A DNA stretch of 64,000 bases from Camelus ferus. Its lineage: Eukaryota. Each line of letters begins with the position of its first letter. Within the stretch, counting starts at the first letter, position 1. Location of the stretch: the NCBI RefSeq assembly GCF_009834535.1, contig NC_045702.1, forward strand, positions 23,374,001-23,438,000, read 5' to 3'. A program made the position numbers and the translations under genes. A model generated the notes under the pieces. That model worked only from the letters and a program-made list of their open reading frames with translations. It did no database searches and had not been told where the DNA came from. This document shows, one piece after another, positions 11,783 to 24,489 of this stretch.

Positions 11783-14049
11783 TTTCCCTGCCTGTAGCTT
11801 TATTCTCCCTGGGGAACTATCTGATGAAAGCATGTCCCATGACTTCAGTGTCTTGTTCTTTTGTTTGTTTGTTTTTTTGGTTTTGTAGTTTGTTTGTTTT
11901 ATGGCCACTTGTGAAAAAAAAAGGGGGAACAAGAATGAGTTGCACTGTTGATGTCTCATCCTTTCTCTAAACCTCCTTGGGGTCTCTCCAGATTAATACT
12001 TGATATAGGGTTTGAGCAATTTTCACTTGAATAATATAATATTTCAGGTAAATGGGGAAAAGACAGGAAGAAAGAGGGAAGGAGGGAAGCAGAGAGAGAG
12101 GAATTCTCTGGCATTAATGTCGCTACCTTGGAATATAACTTCACCTTCAGTGAATATGTCAAAAAGGCAAATACGTCTATGGCCCTTTTATAATCTTCTT
12201 TTCCACCTTATGTGACAACCTGTCCTCCTTATGTACACCTTTGCTTTTAATTATGAAACACTATAATTTCTTATTTTCTCTGGACCTTTAATTTCATACC
12301 CAGAAAAAAATATTTGATGATTCTACAATCACGTATTCATTCATTATATTCAAACATATGTAATTAATAAAGATTAATACATAGAAAGTATTATACAATT
12401 TCATGGGAAAGGAGCGGATTCTGAAATTTTAAGTAATGGTCACCTGGAGAAATGAGGATACTTCTATCATAGCAGTAGGACAGATATGACAGAGTTCTGG
12501 TTCTCGGTTTCAATCTTGTCTTCCTTTTCACTTCAACAGTATTCTTCACCCATCTCCACTTCTACTTTTATACTTTACTTTGAATTTCAAGGATGCTTAG
12601 AGAATTTATTTTTAGAATTTTTTTTTCTTTTTACTCAAAATAAGCCCTTGTTTTGAAATAGTGGACCTAGGTCATTCTGACAAATAGCATTCCAGAATAT
12701 TCAGTTCTCTGAACACAACATTCTACACTTAGTAAGTGGTTCTACAACTTCTACTTCTTTTATTCTCACTCCTCATCCCTGTTCCAGTGTCCCACACAGA
12801 TCTTTTCTATTTAAGACCTCAGCCATCTCTGTTCCAGGTTATCAGTTTATGTTTTTAAAGTAGAAACATTCGTTTCAGCAGAGAGAGCACGTGGTCCTAG
12901 GTACCTTGCTATGCAGCTGAACAGTTTTGAGCAATAATGGCTGGCCATGCCTGCCCTGCTGGTTGGAACCCACAATGCCACAGTAGCATTGACAGAAGTG
13001 GTGTTGAAAGGAAAAATAACAGAAACCATGACAACCAAATATTCTAACACTTGAAAGGTGCCAACCTTTGTCATTCAGGGAATATATTCTAATTCTGAAA
13101 GCTGCCTTGGTGACTCCCAATGACTACTGCACAAATATTCCATCCAATACGCACATGAACACACACACGTTGAAGATTTTTATACAATTAACAAATAAAA
13201 AGTCCAAGCAACTGAGCAGAGATTGACCTCTGAAAAAAGTCTTGTAGATTACTATCAGTTCCATTAAAATAACACTAAAAGTACCGAAAAGACTGTTATT
13301 GAGCTGTGAATGAAACCAAAAATCTTGGGAAAAATAAAGGAAATTGTGTCTTTATTCAGTTTGTCCCTCCACTGGAGCACAGCCTTCACTTTGAGATGCC
13401 ATCTTAAAAAAACAGACATAGGCAAATTGAAGATTTTAGAGGACAGTGATAAACTGAATAAAAAGCTACACAAAAAATGGAATGGAAAGCCTAATAATTA
13501 GTCAAGATAATCTTTAAGGTATTATATCCTAATATTCCCCTTGATTTAAATAATAACCACAATATATTAGAAAGAGATAATTATGTGGGTTTCTCTTCCA
13601 TATACATTCCCATTTTAGCAAAATCAGCATCAAACACTGACTGAACTTTTTAAAGTTTATGATTGAAATTTCTCAATAAACTATAAAAATCAATTAAAAA
13701 ACTGAACCACTCCATACACATTTTAAATTTTTTGCATCACTGAGTATGTCTCAGTGTTTACAATATGAAGAATGAAAAGAATAACATACTTATTAACATA
13801 GTTTCCAGTTGTAAAATATGTCAACCTAATCAATCCCTATGTTTAGTGAATCCTTGATTTCTTAAAATAGGTCCCTCTTTCCTGATAGGAATAACTCTGC
13901 TTTTAAAATTAACATTTTGGCAAAAATTCAGATATGTAGGTACAAATATTTTCCTCACAGTGATCGTGTTATAATTAGTACTGAAAAAATGAATTAAAAT
14001 GTTTTGTTAGCCTCCAAAATAAGCATTTCTAGAAACTAAGAAAGGTTTT

Positions 14050-14290
14050 GATACCTGGGAAAACTCGTAAGTGAAAAAATTGATTTATTTGACTATACCT
14101 AAATGAAACATCGTTGTAATACATAAGACAACAACCTTTAAGATGCAAACTATGAGAAACTATTTGCGAAAAATATAATAGAATTATTTGTTTCTAGGAT
14201 AAATGATGATGCTTATAAATCCATCAGAAAAATAATAAACAACCCAATGACTAGACAGTTCACAGAAGAAGAAATCTGAATCCTCTAATG
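14050..14290 (+). mobile_element. Old L1 ORF2 3' fragment
   Basis: aaaaaattgatttatttgactatacctaaatgaaac...atgcaaactatgagaaactatttgc...aacccaatgactagacagttcacagaagaagaaatc. Confidence 0.55.
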
Positions 14291-14329
14291 GAATTTTTTT
14301 AATGAACTTCTTTCCCCACCCATAGCTTT

Positions 14330-15130
14330 GGTCAAGGTTCCCAGGCAATAGGTGCCAAGGTAACATTCTAAAGCAGGTTTTGACAACAGTGTAAAGGAAA
14401 CTTGTATTTGTAACCTTTAGTCTATCACACACAACAAGGTCATAAATACCTCGATGCTGAAAAAAGTGGGGGAGTGGAAATGAAGAGCACTGGCTTCCTG
14501 AAAGTGGCGCCACAGGGTTCAAGTCTACAGAGCACGTTCTTAGCTGGGGAGCACCACGGCCGGCTGGTATCAGACCTGTGCCTCAGAAAGTACAAGACCA
14601 TGGCTGCTCGCTGCTCTGACAGCAGCTGCAGAAAAGGGAACTGCTTCTGAGAAAGCCTGAACTTACAAATTTTGCCTGAGTGAAAACATGAGTATGAGAG
14701 GTTGGAACCAAGATGGCATTGAGAGGGGCATTAAACCCCAACAAAGAGACTGTGCTAAATGCGTCAGCCCATTCAAAAGCTGAGAGTCAAGTCATAAGCT
14801 GCTAAGCAGAGGACACATTATCAGTAATAGCTAAAGATGAGATGTCCTCAGTGGCAGCAACAGATCTTTCAGGAAACCAGAAGGCACCTCGTGAGAGAGT
14901 CAGCTGTAAACACCAAGTCCATGAAGTTTCGTTCAAATAAATCATCTGTTTCTTATTATCCTCCCTCTTCTATGAAGCCTAACTACTGATGTGAAAGGGT
15001 TTTGAAACTAGAAGAGATGAAGATACATTATATGACCTAAAGATGTGAGACGCCCTAGATTTTCATCCAGGAATTGGGAAAAGGAACCAACACTTGGGTG
15101 TTTTATGGGTATTTGAGAGGAAAGGACAAA
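14330..15130. mobile_element. Probable ancient ERVL-class LTR between two L1 pieces
   Basis: GC-richer 0.8-kb block between collinear L1 fragments with LTR-like composition. Family not assigned. Confidence 0.4.
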
Positions 15131-15239
15131 ATTGCTTTACCAGTGCATTATACTGGATTCCAATTTTTCATAAGTATCACAAACATATGAAATAAATATT
15201 GACTTTACTAGTAATCAAAGATACACATATTAAACTAAA

Positions 15240-15620
15240 AATAAAATGTCATTTCCCAAATACCAAATTTAAAGAAAAACTACAGTCTTGCAATATCAAG
15301 TGTTGACAAGAGCTTGGAGAAATAAGAACTTTCATACAGTACAGCTGGTAGCGTAGGTTGCTATAGCAACTGTATATGAGCAGATAGTAAACTTCATATC
15401 CATACCCAAATAACAGACTAAGGAATGTTTCAATACATATACATGCTGGAAGATCTTCTACACGGGAAAAAGGAGACACTTTATAAAAATTCTTATCATA
15501 GTCCTCTCTAAGAACAAACAAAATGCCAATCTAATGAAATGGTAAATTATGAAAAAGAGGATGAGAAACTGTATCATGGTTAAAAGTAACGTATTAGATA
15601 CACGCATATCTATTTAAACA
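15240..15620 (+). mobile_element. Old L1 3' fragment (continuation of 14050-14290)
   Basis: aatatcaagtgttgacaagagcttggagaaataagaactttcatac matches the L1 ORF2 end. Confidence 0.55.
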
Positions 15621-18384
15621 GAATATAGAAATACAAAGTTTGTTAAAACATTTGCCAAGACATACGAAGTATTGAACTAATTATAAAATTTTAAAACAGA
15701 AACAATATTTATTATGCTCATTAATACATATATGTGAATACAGGTAAAAGTATGAACATAATGGATAAAATATAAAATAAACTCACCATAGTGTCTCTTG
15801 TGCTGATCAGAAGTGTTTTTGAGTCTTATTTATTTTGGCTGACTGGATTAGGAGTAAATTTAAAATTATTTTTTTAAGTCTAAAACCCCAAATGTTTTAT
15901 TCACTTATCAATCATATCTACTATCATATTTTTACCATTGTATCACAAGAGATGCAATAAATTATTCAGCTACTAGGATTTTGTATTTTTAGAACAATAA
16001 ATATCTGCCTCTTTAAGCAATAAATAAAATAATAATAATTTAAAAATTCATTTTATTTTATTTTTTATTTTTAGTGAAGAGGTATAACCTTTATCATGTC
16101 AACATACACACTACACAGTGTATTTTAAGATATGATGTGTGTGTGTTTTTACAGGTGTATACTGGAAGTACGTACTTCATCTTCAGCCAACACTTTTTTG
16201 GCGCTGTTATCCATTTTGTATTAATTCTATTAACTAGTATTACAGATGGAAAATAAATAAATGCTATAAAACTATCCTTTGTATTTTTTGTTTAGGACTA
16301 CAAAGTTTTCCTTCTTTTTCAGTCAAGTAATCAAAAGCTATCCTTTATTCTTAATATTAAAATGAATGTTTCCAATTTACTGTTGTTTCAGACAGTTTAC
16401 AGAGAGACAAGTTTCTTATTCTAATTCCACTGGTATAGAAAATGGATACAGAGTCATTCAGAGCCAGAGAAAGTGTCCAGTTAGCCCAAAGAGAAAGCAT
16501 CAGTAGTGCATTGATTAAATGGATTTCAGTGCTCACTTTGCTATTCATTCAATGTAGGAAGAGCAAGTGACTAATAGAATGTGTTTTTTTCCCCTGTATC
16601 TTTTTATTGCCTTACAAAATTATTTGTGAGCTGCAAGTAAAGTAACACAGGAAACAAAATCTAAGTCATTAAATTAAAATGTATCATACATAAACTCCAT
16701 TTCTCTCCTCTTTGATTTCTGCTTAACTTCTTTTCAGCATAATGCACCTGGCCCAACCTCACTTATTTCAAAGTATCCCAAATTACCACCACTATCATTA
16801 TAATCTTTTGTACTTACTATATAATTATGACCTCCATGGTCAAATACCAGGTTAGCACTTAGATTTCAGACTGTAAGCACAAATTAATTCTACAGTTGAA
16901 TGTACAATCAATTAGCAAATATATAGTTAGAATGTGCTTGACAGAACCACCCTTATTCATAGCTGGACTACATGAATATTTCAGCTTGTCTCCCAAGCAA
17001 AATTATTACCAGATTTGCTGGTAACTAAAATTTAGCTATACAAGACGTCAACCATGGTTGACTCCTCCTCAGTATAACTTTGCAGGTTCCTCAGTTTATT
17101 TTAATAAAGATGTACAGAGAACCAACTAAGTAAGAAACAGTTAATTTCATGATACATTTCAGTCAGAGTAGATGTAATATGAAACACCAAATTCAGCTTA
17201 AAGAAGTAATCATTTATACAGCATTAAGCTAAGCAAAGCCACTCTGTATATGGGAACATATCTCCCTATCAAATTCTAGTTTATCCTTTTTTCAATTACA
17301 TCCTGTTATGAGCAATAGAATTCTTTATAATGAGAGGGTAAATAAGGAATATTTTGATGTTTCTTTCTTTTTTTTGTATCATCTGTTGCTCTTTTATTCT
17401 GGTAGCCAACTTGGTATTCATGCATTAATTTTGAACATTCGCAGATGTATTTAAGCATTCTCCAATTTTTGACACCAGTGATACTGTTCACATTCAAAGG
17501 TATTCCTCCCAACATTCAGCATGCATGCATCATGCAGAAGTCAAATAACAAAATTATACAAATGCAATTTTGTAGAGACAAACAGAATTGTCCACTGAAT
17601 TACCACAGAAGCTCTCTGTTTACCCTGCAATGAACAAGTCAGAATCAAGAATTTCTCACCACAGTTGGAAGGGCTGCTTTGTCCTTAACTTTCTAGGGTT
17701 ACCCATATAGTTGTAGCTAACATTCCAAGAATCAGAATGCAACTCTACTAAGCAACATTACTACTCAGACTTCCCCTCCTCTTTGCAAGACCACTTTCAT
17801 GGAAAACCCTCATATACAAAGAAAAGAGTGAGATCCCTCTCCTGCTTCCCTAACCACGACATCTCAGCTACAGTCTGAGCCAAGTAGCACACATTTCTGT
17901 AAAATGCTCAAAGTATCAGTGACCACAAGCTTCCTGCAGCTGCAGAACTTCTCCTTCATAGTTCTAGCCTGTGCTCTCTAACTCTTGCATGTTGTTTCCT
18001 AAATCAATTATAATTTTTAAAGAATCCCCAAATCATGTTCTGCCATTAGTTTGTCACCCTGTGAAGCAAACTGAGTAAAGGTAAATCTTCCCAGTTTTAA
18101 CTTCCTAAACATAGCTATACCCCCAAAGTGGCCGGTAAAATAATTTTAAGGCAAAAGGACTATTGAAATGTTTCACAGGAAATACAAGAAAAACTTGAAG
18201 CTAAACCTGCGAGTAGATACAGAAGACAAAGGTAAAATGCATGAAAGTCAAATCATGTTTTAAATTCCCAGAGGAACTCTCCTCATTTTATTGTGCTGTA
18301 CTCAGCCTCGTACTTACATTTGCTCTTACCAATAATATTTAGAACTCCCTTTTTAATCCTCCCCCAAAGGGATGTGCACAGATT

Positions 18385-18560
18385 TTGGAATCTGAAAAAC
18401 TTAGATTTATACCCGAGCTCTGTCACTTGGTAATATTTTGACCTTTAAAAATCACTTCAGGTTTCTGAGTCATTAAATACTCATCCTCAAAATAAGGATG
18501 ACTAGGACAACCTCACAAGGCTATAAGCTATTTTAAGGGTTAAATTAGATAGTATATGTA
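18385..18560 (+). mobile_element. MIR
   Basis: gagctctgtcacttgg...ctcatcctcaaaataaggatgactaggacaacctcacaagg...taaattagatagtatatgt. Confidence 0.6.
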
Positions 18561-19489
18561 GTATTTCTGTACACAGCTACTTCGTAAGGACTGGAATACT
18601 TCTTACGCACGTTGGAATTAATTAGTGCTAGTTAAACTTTTTGCCATTCCATCTCCTATAGTATCTAAAAGTTTGCAATCAAATAGGATTCCTGTGCCTC
18701 ATTTCTTTTTTCTATACCCATGTGATTTACCATCTCTGCCAAGGGCACTTTGTGACAATCTGAATTACTGACCACACAGAAAAAGACCGAATAGTACTTC
18801 GGGCCAAATTCTGCCATCTGATATGCATTGAAGCTTAGCTCTGAAAAGCAGAATAAGTTAAACTTTCCATGAACTGACAGCAGCATTTGTACATGATTTA
18901 TGATCTGCCAATATCCTATCATCCATAAAAGTGTTTCTTTACAATTATATATCCTAGCAATTTCTGATAGTAGTTATCAGATGGGAACTTTCTCTTAGAT
19001 TTTCTTCATAAGCCTATTAAATGACTTTCTATATTTACAGTTAAAGAGTGGAGTGACTGAAATAATAATTTTTTTAAATCTTGCATACTTGATTTTGACA
19101 CTGTTTTTTTATTTATAGCCAAATATATACCTTAATTTATCAACCCTCATTACCTTCTTTATCTGAAATAATAAATCAGTTATCTCAATTTCTAACTACA
19201 ATCATTTAATTCCAGCTTTCTCATTCAGCTTGTACCCATAAATGGGTTGTTTGGTCTCACAAAACACCTCTATGTTTTCTCTCTTTTCTTCTTTGGCCTA
19301 TATTCCATGATCCATCATTCTTTAGTCCATAACTTGGTAAAAATCTAAGCCTTGGCTGAATTCTACAGTCACCTTTCATCAAGCTTCCATTTAAGCAGAT
19401 CAAAGATACTCTACAACCTGGCAGCCAACCTCTTTGGGCCTCAGTGGTACCTGTGAGGGCCCACTGGCATTTCACTCTCCCATTCCCTT

Positions 19490-20178
19490 AAAAATTATTT
19501 TAAATTAGTATTATGGAGAATTCCAAACATACACAAAGTAAACCAAATACCATAATAAACTCCAATATACCTACCATCTTCCCTTAACAAACTTTAACCA
19601 TTTACCATTTATTTCATTTAAACTCTGCACACTCCATAGTTACTCAATTTTTATTTCAAGTGAAATGTTCATATATTGGAAGGCACATACCTTAACAGCT
19701 CAAATTTGATAAATGGATATCCATGTAATCACACTCTTATCAAGTTACAGAACATTTCTTCCACAGCAAAGTTTTCTCATGTCCTTTTCTCACTCAGTTC
19801 CCTCCACATAGAGGTAACTAGTGTTCTGATTTTTTTTTCCCATCATAGACTAGTTTTATATAGATTAGATCAGTTTCATTAGTTTTCTAATGAAAGACTA
19901 GCTTCTTTCAATCAGCATCATGTCTGTGAGATTCATCCTTGTTGCATGTGTATTTATTCCTTTTTATTATGGGTTTATTCATTTAATAAATAATACTACA
20001 CAGTTTGTTTAGCCATTCCTCTGCTGATGACATATGAGTTGTTTCCAATTTGCAGCCATTATGAATAAAGCTGCTAAGTGAACATTCTTGTACAGTCTTT
20101 CGGTGGACATCTGCACTCTCATTTCTGAGGTGAACATGTACAAGTGAAAAGGCTCTGTCAAAGAGTAGGCATATGCTT
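19490..20178 (-). mobile_element. L1 (L1MB/MC-like) 3' end
   Basis: ctttcaatcagcatcatgtctgtgagattcatccttgttgcatgt...gtttccaatttgcagccattatgaataaagctgct. Confidence 0.8.
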
Positions 20179-21346
20179 AATTGGCTCTCTACTCTGATTA
20201 TATGTAAAGACAAGTGATTCTACTATCGATAGAGCATTGAGAGTCAATGGCAATAGAAACACACAAAATATCTCCACTGGATATTCCTAATCAAACACTT
20301 GAAGGACCACGTATATAATATTTTTAGGTTATTTTTGCCAAACTAATGGGTATGATGAGGTTGACTGGTTGCTCCTAATGTCTCTAGACAAAGTGGGAAG
20401 CAAAAGGGATGAGCTCAGAAATTCAAATTCCCAGCAAAAGCACTGCATAAATGACCTGAGAGCCTCTACAGCTGCCTGAAAAGAGACCCTGATCTCCAGT
20501 AGCTGCAGAACCAAAGTGGCTGAAATCCAAACTCAGACTCTCATCCTGCAAGCGACTGAATTGCAAAACAAACTGAATTTCCTGCCTCACAGGCTGTTTA
20601 TTGTTAAAGTGAGGATACCTCCAGCTGAAGTGATCTCTAGGCAACTTCTTCTAAGACTAACCATGAATTGCCTGGGGAAATTGTAATGGCCTTCCCTGAG
20701 GCAGCTGTCTTGCAAGACAATGCAGATTCTCCTCAGGACACACCACTATCAATCCTCTTTGTTTCTAGACCTATAACTAAATTCAAGTCCCAGTAGTGCT
20801 CTAAAGATCAGGTATATCACACTCCAAAAGAACTACTTGAGTTTTCTAATTGGGAAGAAATCTGGGGAATATGTGTGGGAGTAGGCATTAAGGATATGAG
20901 ATAATGACGGAAGGAACATAAAGCTGGATAAGACCAAATTTTTTGACATGGGACCACTAAGCAGGAATTCTGCATTTAAAGGTTCCATAAGACAGAGCTT
21001 TCATGACGAGTATGAGAAATAAATTTGTGAAGGTAGACACAGCATCCCTGAAGAACTCTGAGATCACTCTTCTATGCAGACTAAACTTACAGTGGGGACT
21101 GAGGTAACTGAATGGTAAACCTGAATCCGGTGAAAGTAATTGGATCCCAGGGTGGCAGAAGCCAAGTGACAGCAGACAACTGCCAAAGGCAAGATGAGTA
21201 TGGCTGCTGTAACGGACAGAAGAGCCAAAGCAGTGCTCAGAACAGCCTAACACAAACAAAAGGTGGAGCTGGCTAGTTATTAAAGTGTCCCTAGAAGTGA
21301 AACAGATAAGAGGCTTACTAAATTCTTCCTTGATCTATGGAAGTAG

Positions 21347-21680
21347 TGTGGATCTGAAACAAAGAGACTGCCAGATACTCCTCCAGCAAAGAGTTTATGC
21401 AGGATCAGATGACAACCGCAATTAAGGGTCTGTAACCACAGCAAGCCAAGTGCAAGTCCCACACACTAAGGCAAGGAGAATGCTTTTAAGAGGAGAAAAG
21501 TTGGGAAGGCTATAGCAAACATAAAGTCCTTGGCTTTTCATTGGCTGAGCCCCTTGCCAGGAAAGAAGAGGAGTCTTTCTTCTTCCTGCTGGGCTCTGCG
21601 ATTGTCACAGAGCATGAGAGGTCCCCCATTTGGTCTCCCAATTCTACTTAACTGAGGTTTCTGTTTATGAATTTTTTACA
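21347..21680 (-). mobile_element. ERV1-type solo LTR inserted antisense into ERV-L gag
   Basis: TG...CA termini. Flanks GTAG (21343-46) and ATAG (21681-84) form a 4-bp TSD with one mismatch. The gag sequence resumes across it. Confidence 0.8.
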
Positions 21681-21682
21681 AT

Positions 21683-21751
21683 AGAAAAATTCTAAAATAA
21701 CAAACAAACAAACAAACAAAAAACGGGAAAAAAAAAAAAAGAAAAATTCTA
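21683..21751 (+). mobile_element. Orphan A-rich tail insertion with a 12-bp TSD
   Basis: AGAAAAATTCTA at 21683-94 and 21740-51 flank 45 nt of A/(AAAC)n sequence. Confidence 0.8.
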
Positions 21752-21971
21752 GGTCAAATGAACAAAAGTCTAACCTGAATCATAAAAACTGAGAGTCACA
21801 GCACCTCAATCAATTCCCAGACCTGACCAGATTATAAACCCAGAAGCCCTTGTATGAAAGGGAGGCCAGATCTCCTTGAGGAAGGAGCCTGGTACACTGC
21901 CAGTAATTTATACTGTTGATCTTTCTCCTTTCCTTCCCTGAAGTAACCTATAGCCTTTTACCAGGGTAACT

Positions 21972-22202
21972 GTGCACGAGGGAAAAGGAAATAATCAGAC
22001 ATTTGGGGGACGGCTGGACACTTGCTCTGAACTGACACTAATACCAGGGGATCTAAAAAGCCACTGGGATATACTGATCAGAGCAGGGGCTTATGTTGGT
22101 CAGGTAATCAGTGGAGTTTTAGGTCAGCAGGTCCATCTCACCTGCGGTCCAGCTTCCCTGAATCTATCCTGTGGTTATTTCCCCCAGCTCCCAAATGCGT
22201 AA
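21972..22202 (+). pseudogene. pro: ERV-L protease remnant
   Basis: GKGNNQTFGGRLDTCSELTLIPGD; the aspartic-protease DTG motif has decayed to DTC. Confidence 0.85.
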
Positions 22203-22387
22203 TTGGAATAAACATACTCAGCAGCTAAGAGAATCCCCACATTGGTTTCCTGACCTGAGAGTGAGGGCTGCTCTGATAGAAAGGTAAAGTGGAAGCCACT
22301 AAAATTGCCTTTACCTAGGAAAATAGTGAATCAAAGCAATACTGCATTCCTAGAGGGACTACAGAAAACAGTGCCACCATCAAGGAG

Positions 22388-22800
22388 TTGAAAGAGGCAA
22401 GAATGGTGATTCCCACCACATCTCCGTTCAGATGGCCTATCTGGCCTGTGCAGAAAGCATATGGATCTTGGAGAATGATAGTAGATTACTGTAAACTTGA
22501 CTTTGCAGTGATTCACATTACAGCTGCTGTACCAGATGTGGCTTCATTGCTTGAGCAAATCAAAATACCCCTTGGTATCTGGTATTTAGCTATTGAGCTG
22601 GCAAGTGCCTTTTTCTCCATACCTGACAATAAAGCCTACCAGAAGCGGTTTTCTTTCAGCTGGCAAGGTCAGCAATATAACTTCACTGTCCTATCTCCCC
22701 ACCCCAATGTCATAATTTAGTTCACAGAGACATTAATCTTCTTTCCCTTCCACCAAGTAATCACCCTGATCCATTACATTGATGTCATTATTCTGAGTGG
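22388..22800 (+). pseudogene. pol: ERV-L reverse transcriptase remnant
   Basis: IPTTSPFRWPIWPVQKAYGSWRMIVDY...AAVPDV...AFFSIP...FSWQGQQY. The catalytic YIDD reads HYIDV at 22772-22786. Confidence 0.9.
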
Positions 22801-24489
22801 ACCTAGGAAGCAAGAAGTATTAACTGCTCAAGACCCACCAGTAAGACATCTGTATGTCAGAAAGTGAGAAATAAATCCAATAAGAATTCTAGGCTTTTAT
22901 CTCAGTGAAACTTCTACGGGCCCAGTGGTGCAGGGCATATCAAGAAATCCCTTCTAAGGTGAAAAATGAGTTGTTGCACCTAGCCCCTGTAACAACCAAA
23001 CGAGAGGCACAAAGCTTGGTGGCCCTCTTTGGACTTTAGAGGCAATATATTTTCCTCATTGGGGTGTGTTACTCCAGCTCAATACCAAGTAACCTGAAGA
23101 GCTGCTAGTTCTGAGTCGGGCACAGAACAAGAGAAAGCTCTGCAACAGGTCCAGGCTACTGGGCAAGATGCTCTGCCCCTTGGGCCACAGGATCCAGCAG
23201 ATCCAGTGACGCTTGAAGCGGCACTCTTCCACAGGGATGCTGTTTGGAGCCTTTGGCAGGCAAGACATCCCATCATAGTTATTATAAATCTGCACTGAAA
23301 TTTCCTGCTTATCTCTTTCTGTTTCTGATGTGATGCTTCAGGGAAAGGTAACATGTCTGGTTCACCATCCTCTCCACTGATAAGATAAAACCTTTTACAT
23401 ACTTGATATATTTTTGTTGGACTCTAGTTAGAAAGAAAGAGACAGTAAAGGTTCTCCTTTTTGTTTTGTTAAAGTTATGTCATCAAGTCTTTCAATTTTA
23501 ATAGGTACTTGCTTAAAAGTGTTAGGAGACTGTCAATAAACATACAATTTTTAAATAAAACAACTGTTATATTTCAGAACAAGGCATTCTATCCTTCAAA
23601 CTTTTGAATGTAAAGAGCTTTTACTCTCACTGCATAGACATCCACCTTAACATCTGTGCCGTTTTGTTTTGAATGTTTGACAGAGAAATTATTCAACAGG
23701 TACCCCAGCTGTCAAAGCATGCCATTTGTGATGCTTCAACAAGCAGCCCAGACTCTTCAAACTACACTGCACCTGAGCAGGGGAAACCTCCACTGGGAAC
23801 TACTGCCTTAAACGTTTCAAAGCATACACAGGACACTTACACTTTTCAACATCAGGTCTCCTGTATTCCTGCAAAATTGGTCTCTGCTGATCGACTCCTT
23901 CTTATTTTTCACCTAGGGTGACAGTGATATGATTGATACTGTTTACTCACTTCTCAACGGGCCCTTAAATACTGTCTTATCTTTGACATTTCACTTCTCT
24001 CTCGTGCCTTACTTGGCAGTTATTTATCCCACGTATTAATTATTTATTTATTTAATGGTGATTTTTTTCTGAGAAGTTCCATGTGCTGATTTTTTATTTA
24101 TTTTTTTGGTATTGAAAAAATACTGAGGAGTAGAGATGGAGAGAATGATGAAAAAAATGATACAAGAACAGTTTTTAATCTATCTCTGAGAAGTACACTC
24201 CAAATCATTGCTATGTAAGAAAAGTTATTCATACAAGTCATGCCCTTGATTATTTTATGAAAAATACTGTTCAAGGAATATTGTGCCATTTAATACATGA
24301 GACAAGGGAATAGCACTCACTTTTGACTACTTTAAACCCGTTATCCTTCCTCTATTACGTGTCTCCATTGCTGATTGCTTAGTTTTTCCCATATCCTAAA
24401 CCATAAAATTTAAAACAATCCTCCAAGTCACCTCCTCATATTCACACATTCATCAAACCCCATTAAATCTACCATGTTTACCGATTCAG

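Larger units (their letters stand above)
20179..23262 (+). mobile_element. ERV-L (class III) internal gag-pro-pol fragment without LTRs
   Basis: Degenerate gag (cacactccaaaagaactacttgagttttctaat = TPKELLEFSN; gacatgggaccactaagcagg = DMGPLSR), then protease and RT remnants in order, with many stops and frameshifts. Confidence 0.92.

Noticed and set aside
14505-14511. TGGCGCC resembling a tRNA-Lys primer-binding site
   Set aside because: Only 7 nt match, and it does not follow an LTR CA terminus.
16155-16224. Acceptor plus CILEVRTSSSANTFLALLSILY*, resembling a GPI-anchor signal
   Set aside because: No upstream coding exons were found, and short hydrophobic tails arise readily from T-rich DNA.
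16357-16548. 63-aa hydrophobic minus-strand ORF ending near a GTAAAT donor
   Set aside because: All three frames from the nearest good acceptor hit stops.
20957-21259. 100-aa minus-strand ORF
   Set aside because: It is antisense to decayed ERV-L gag.
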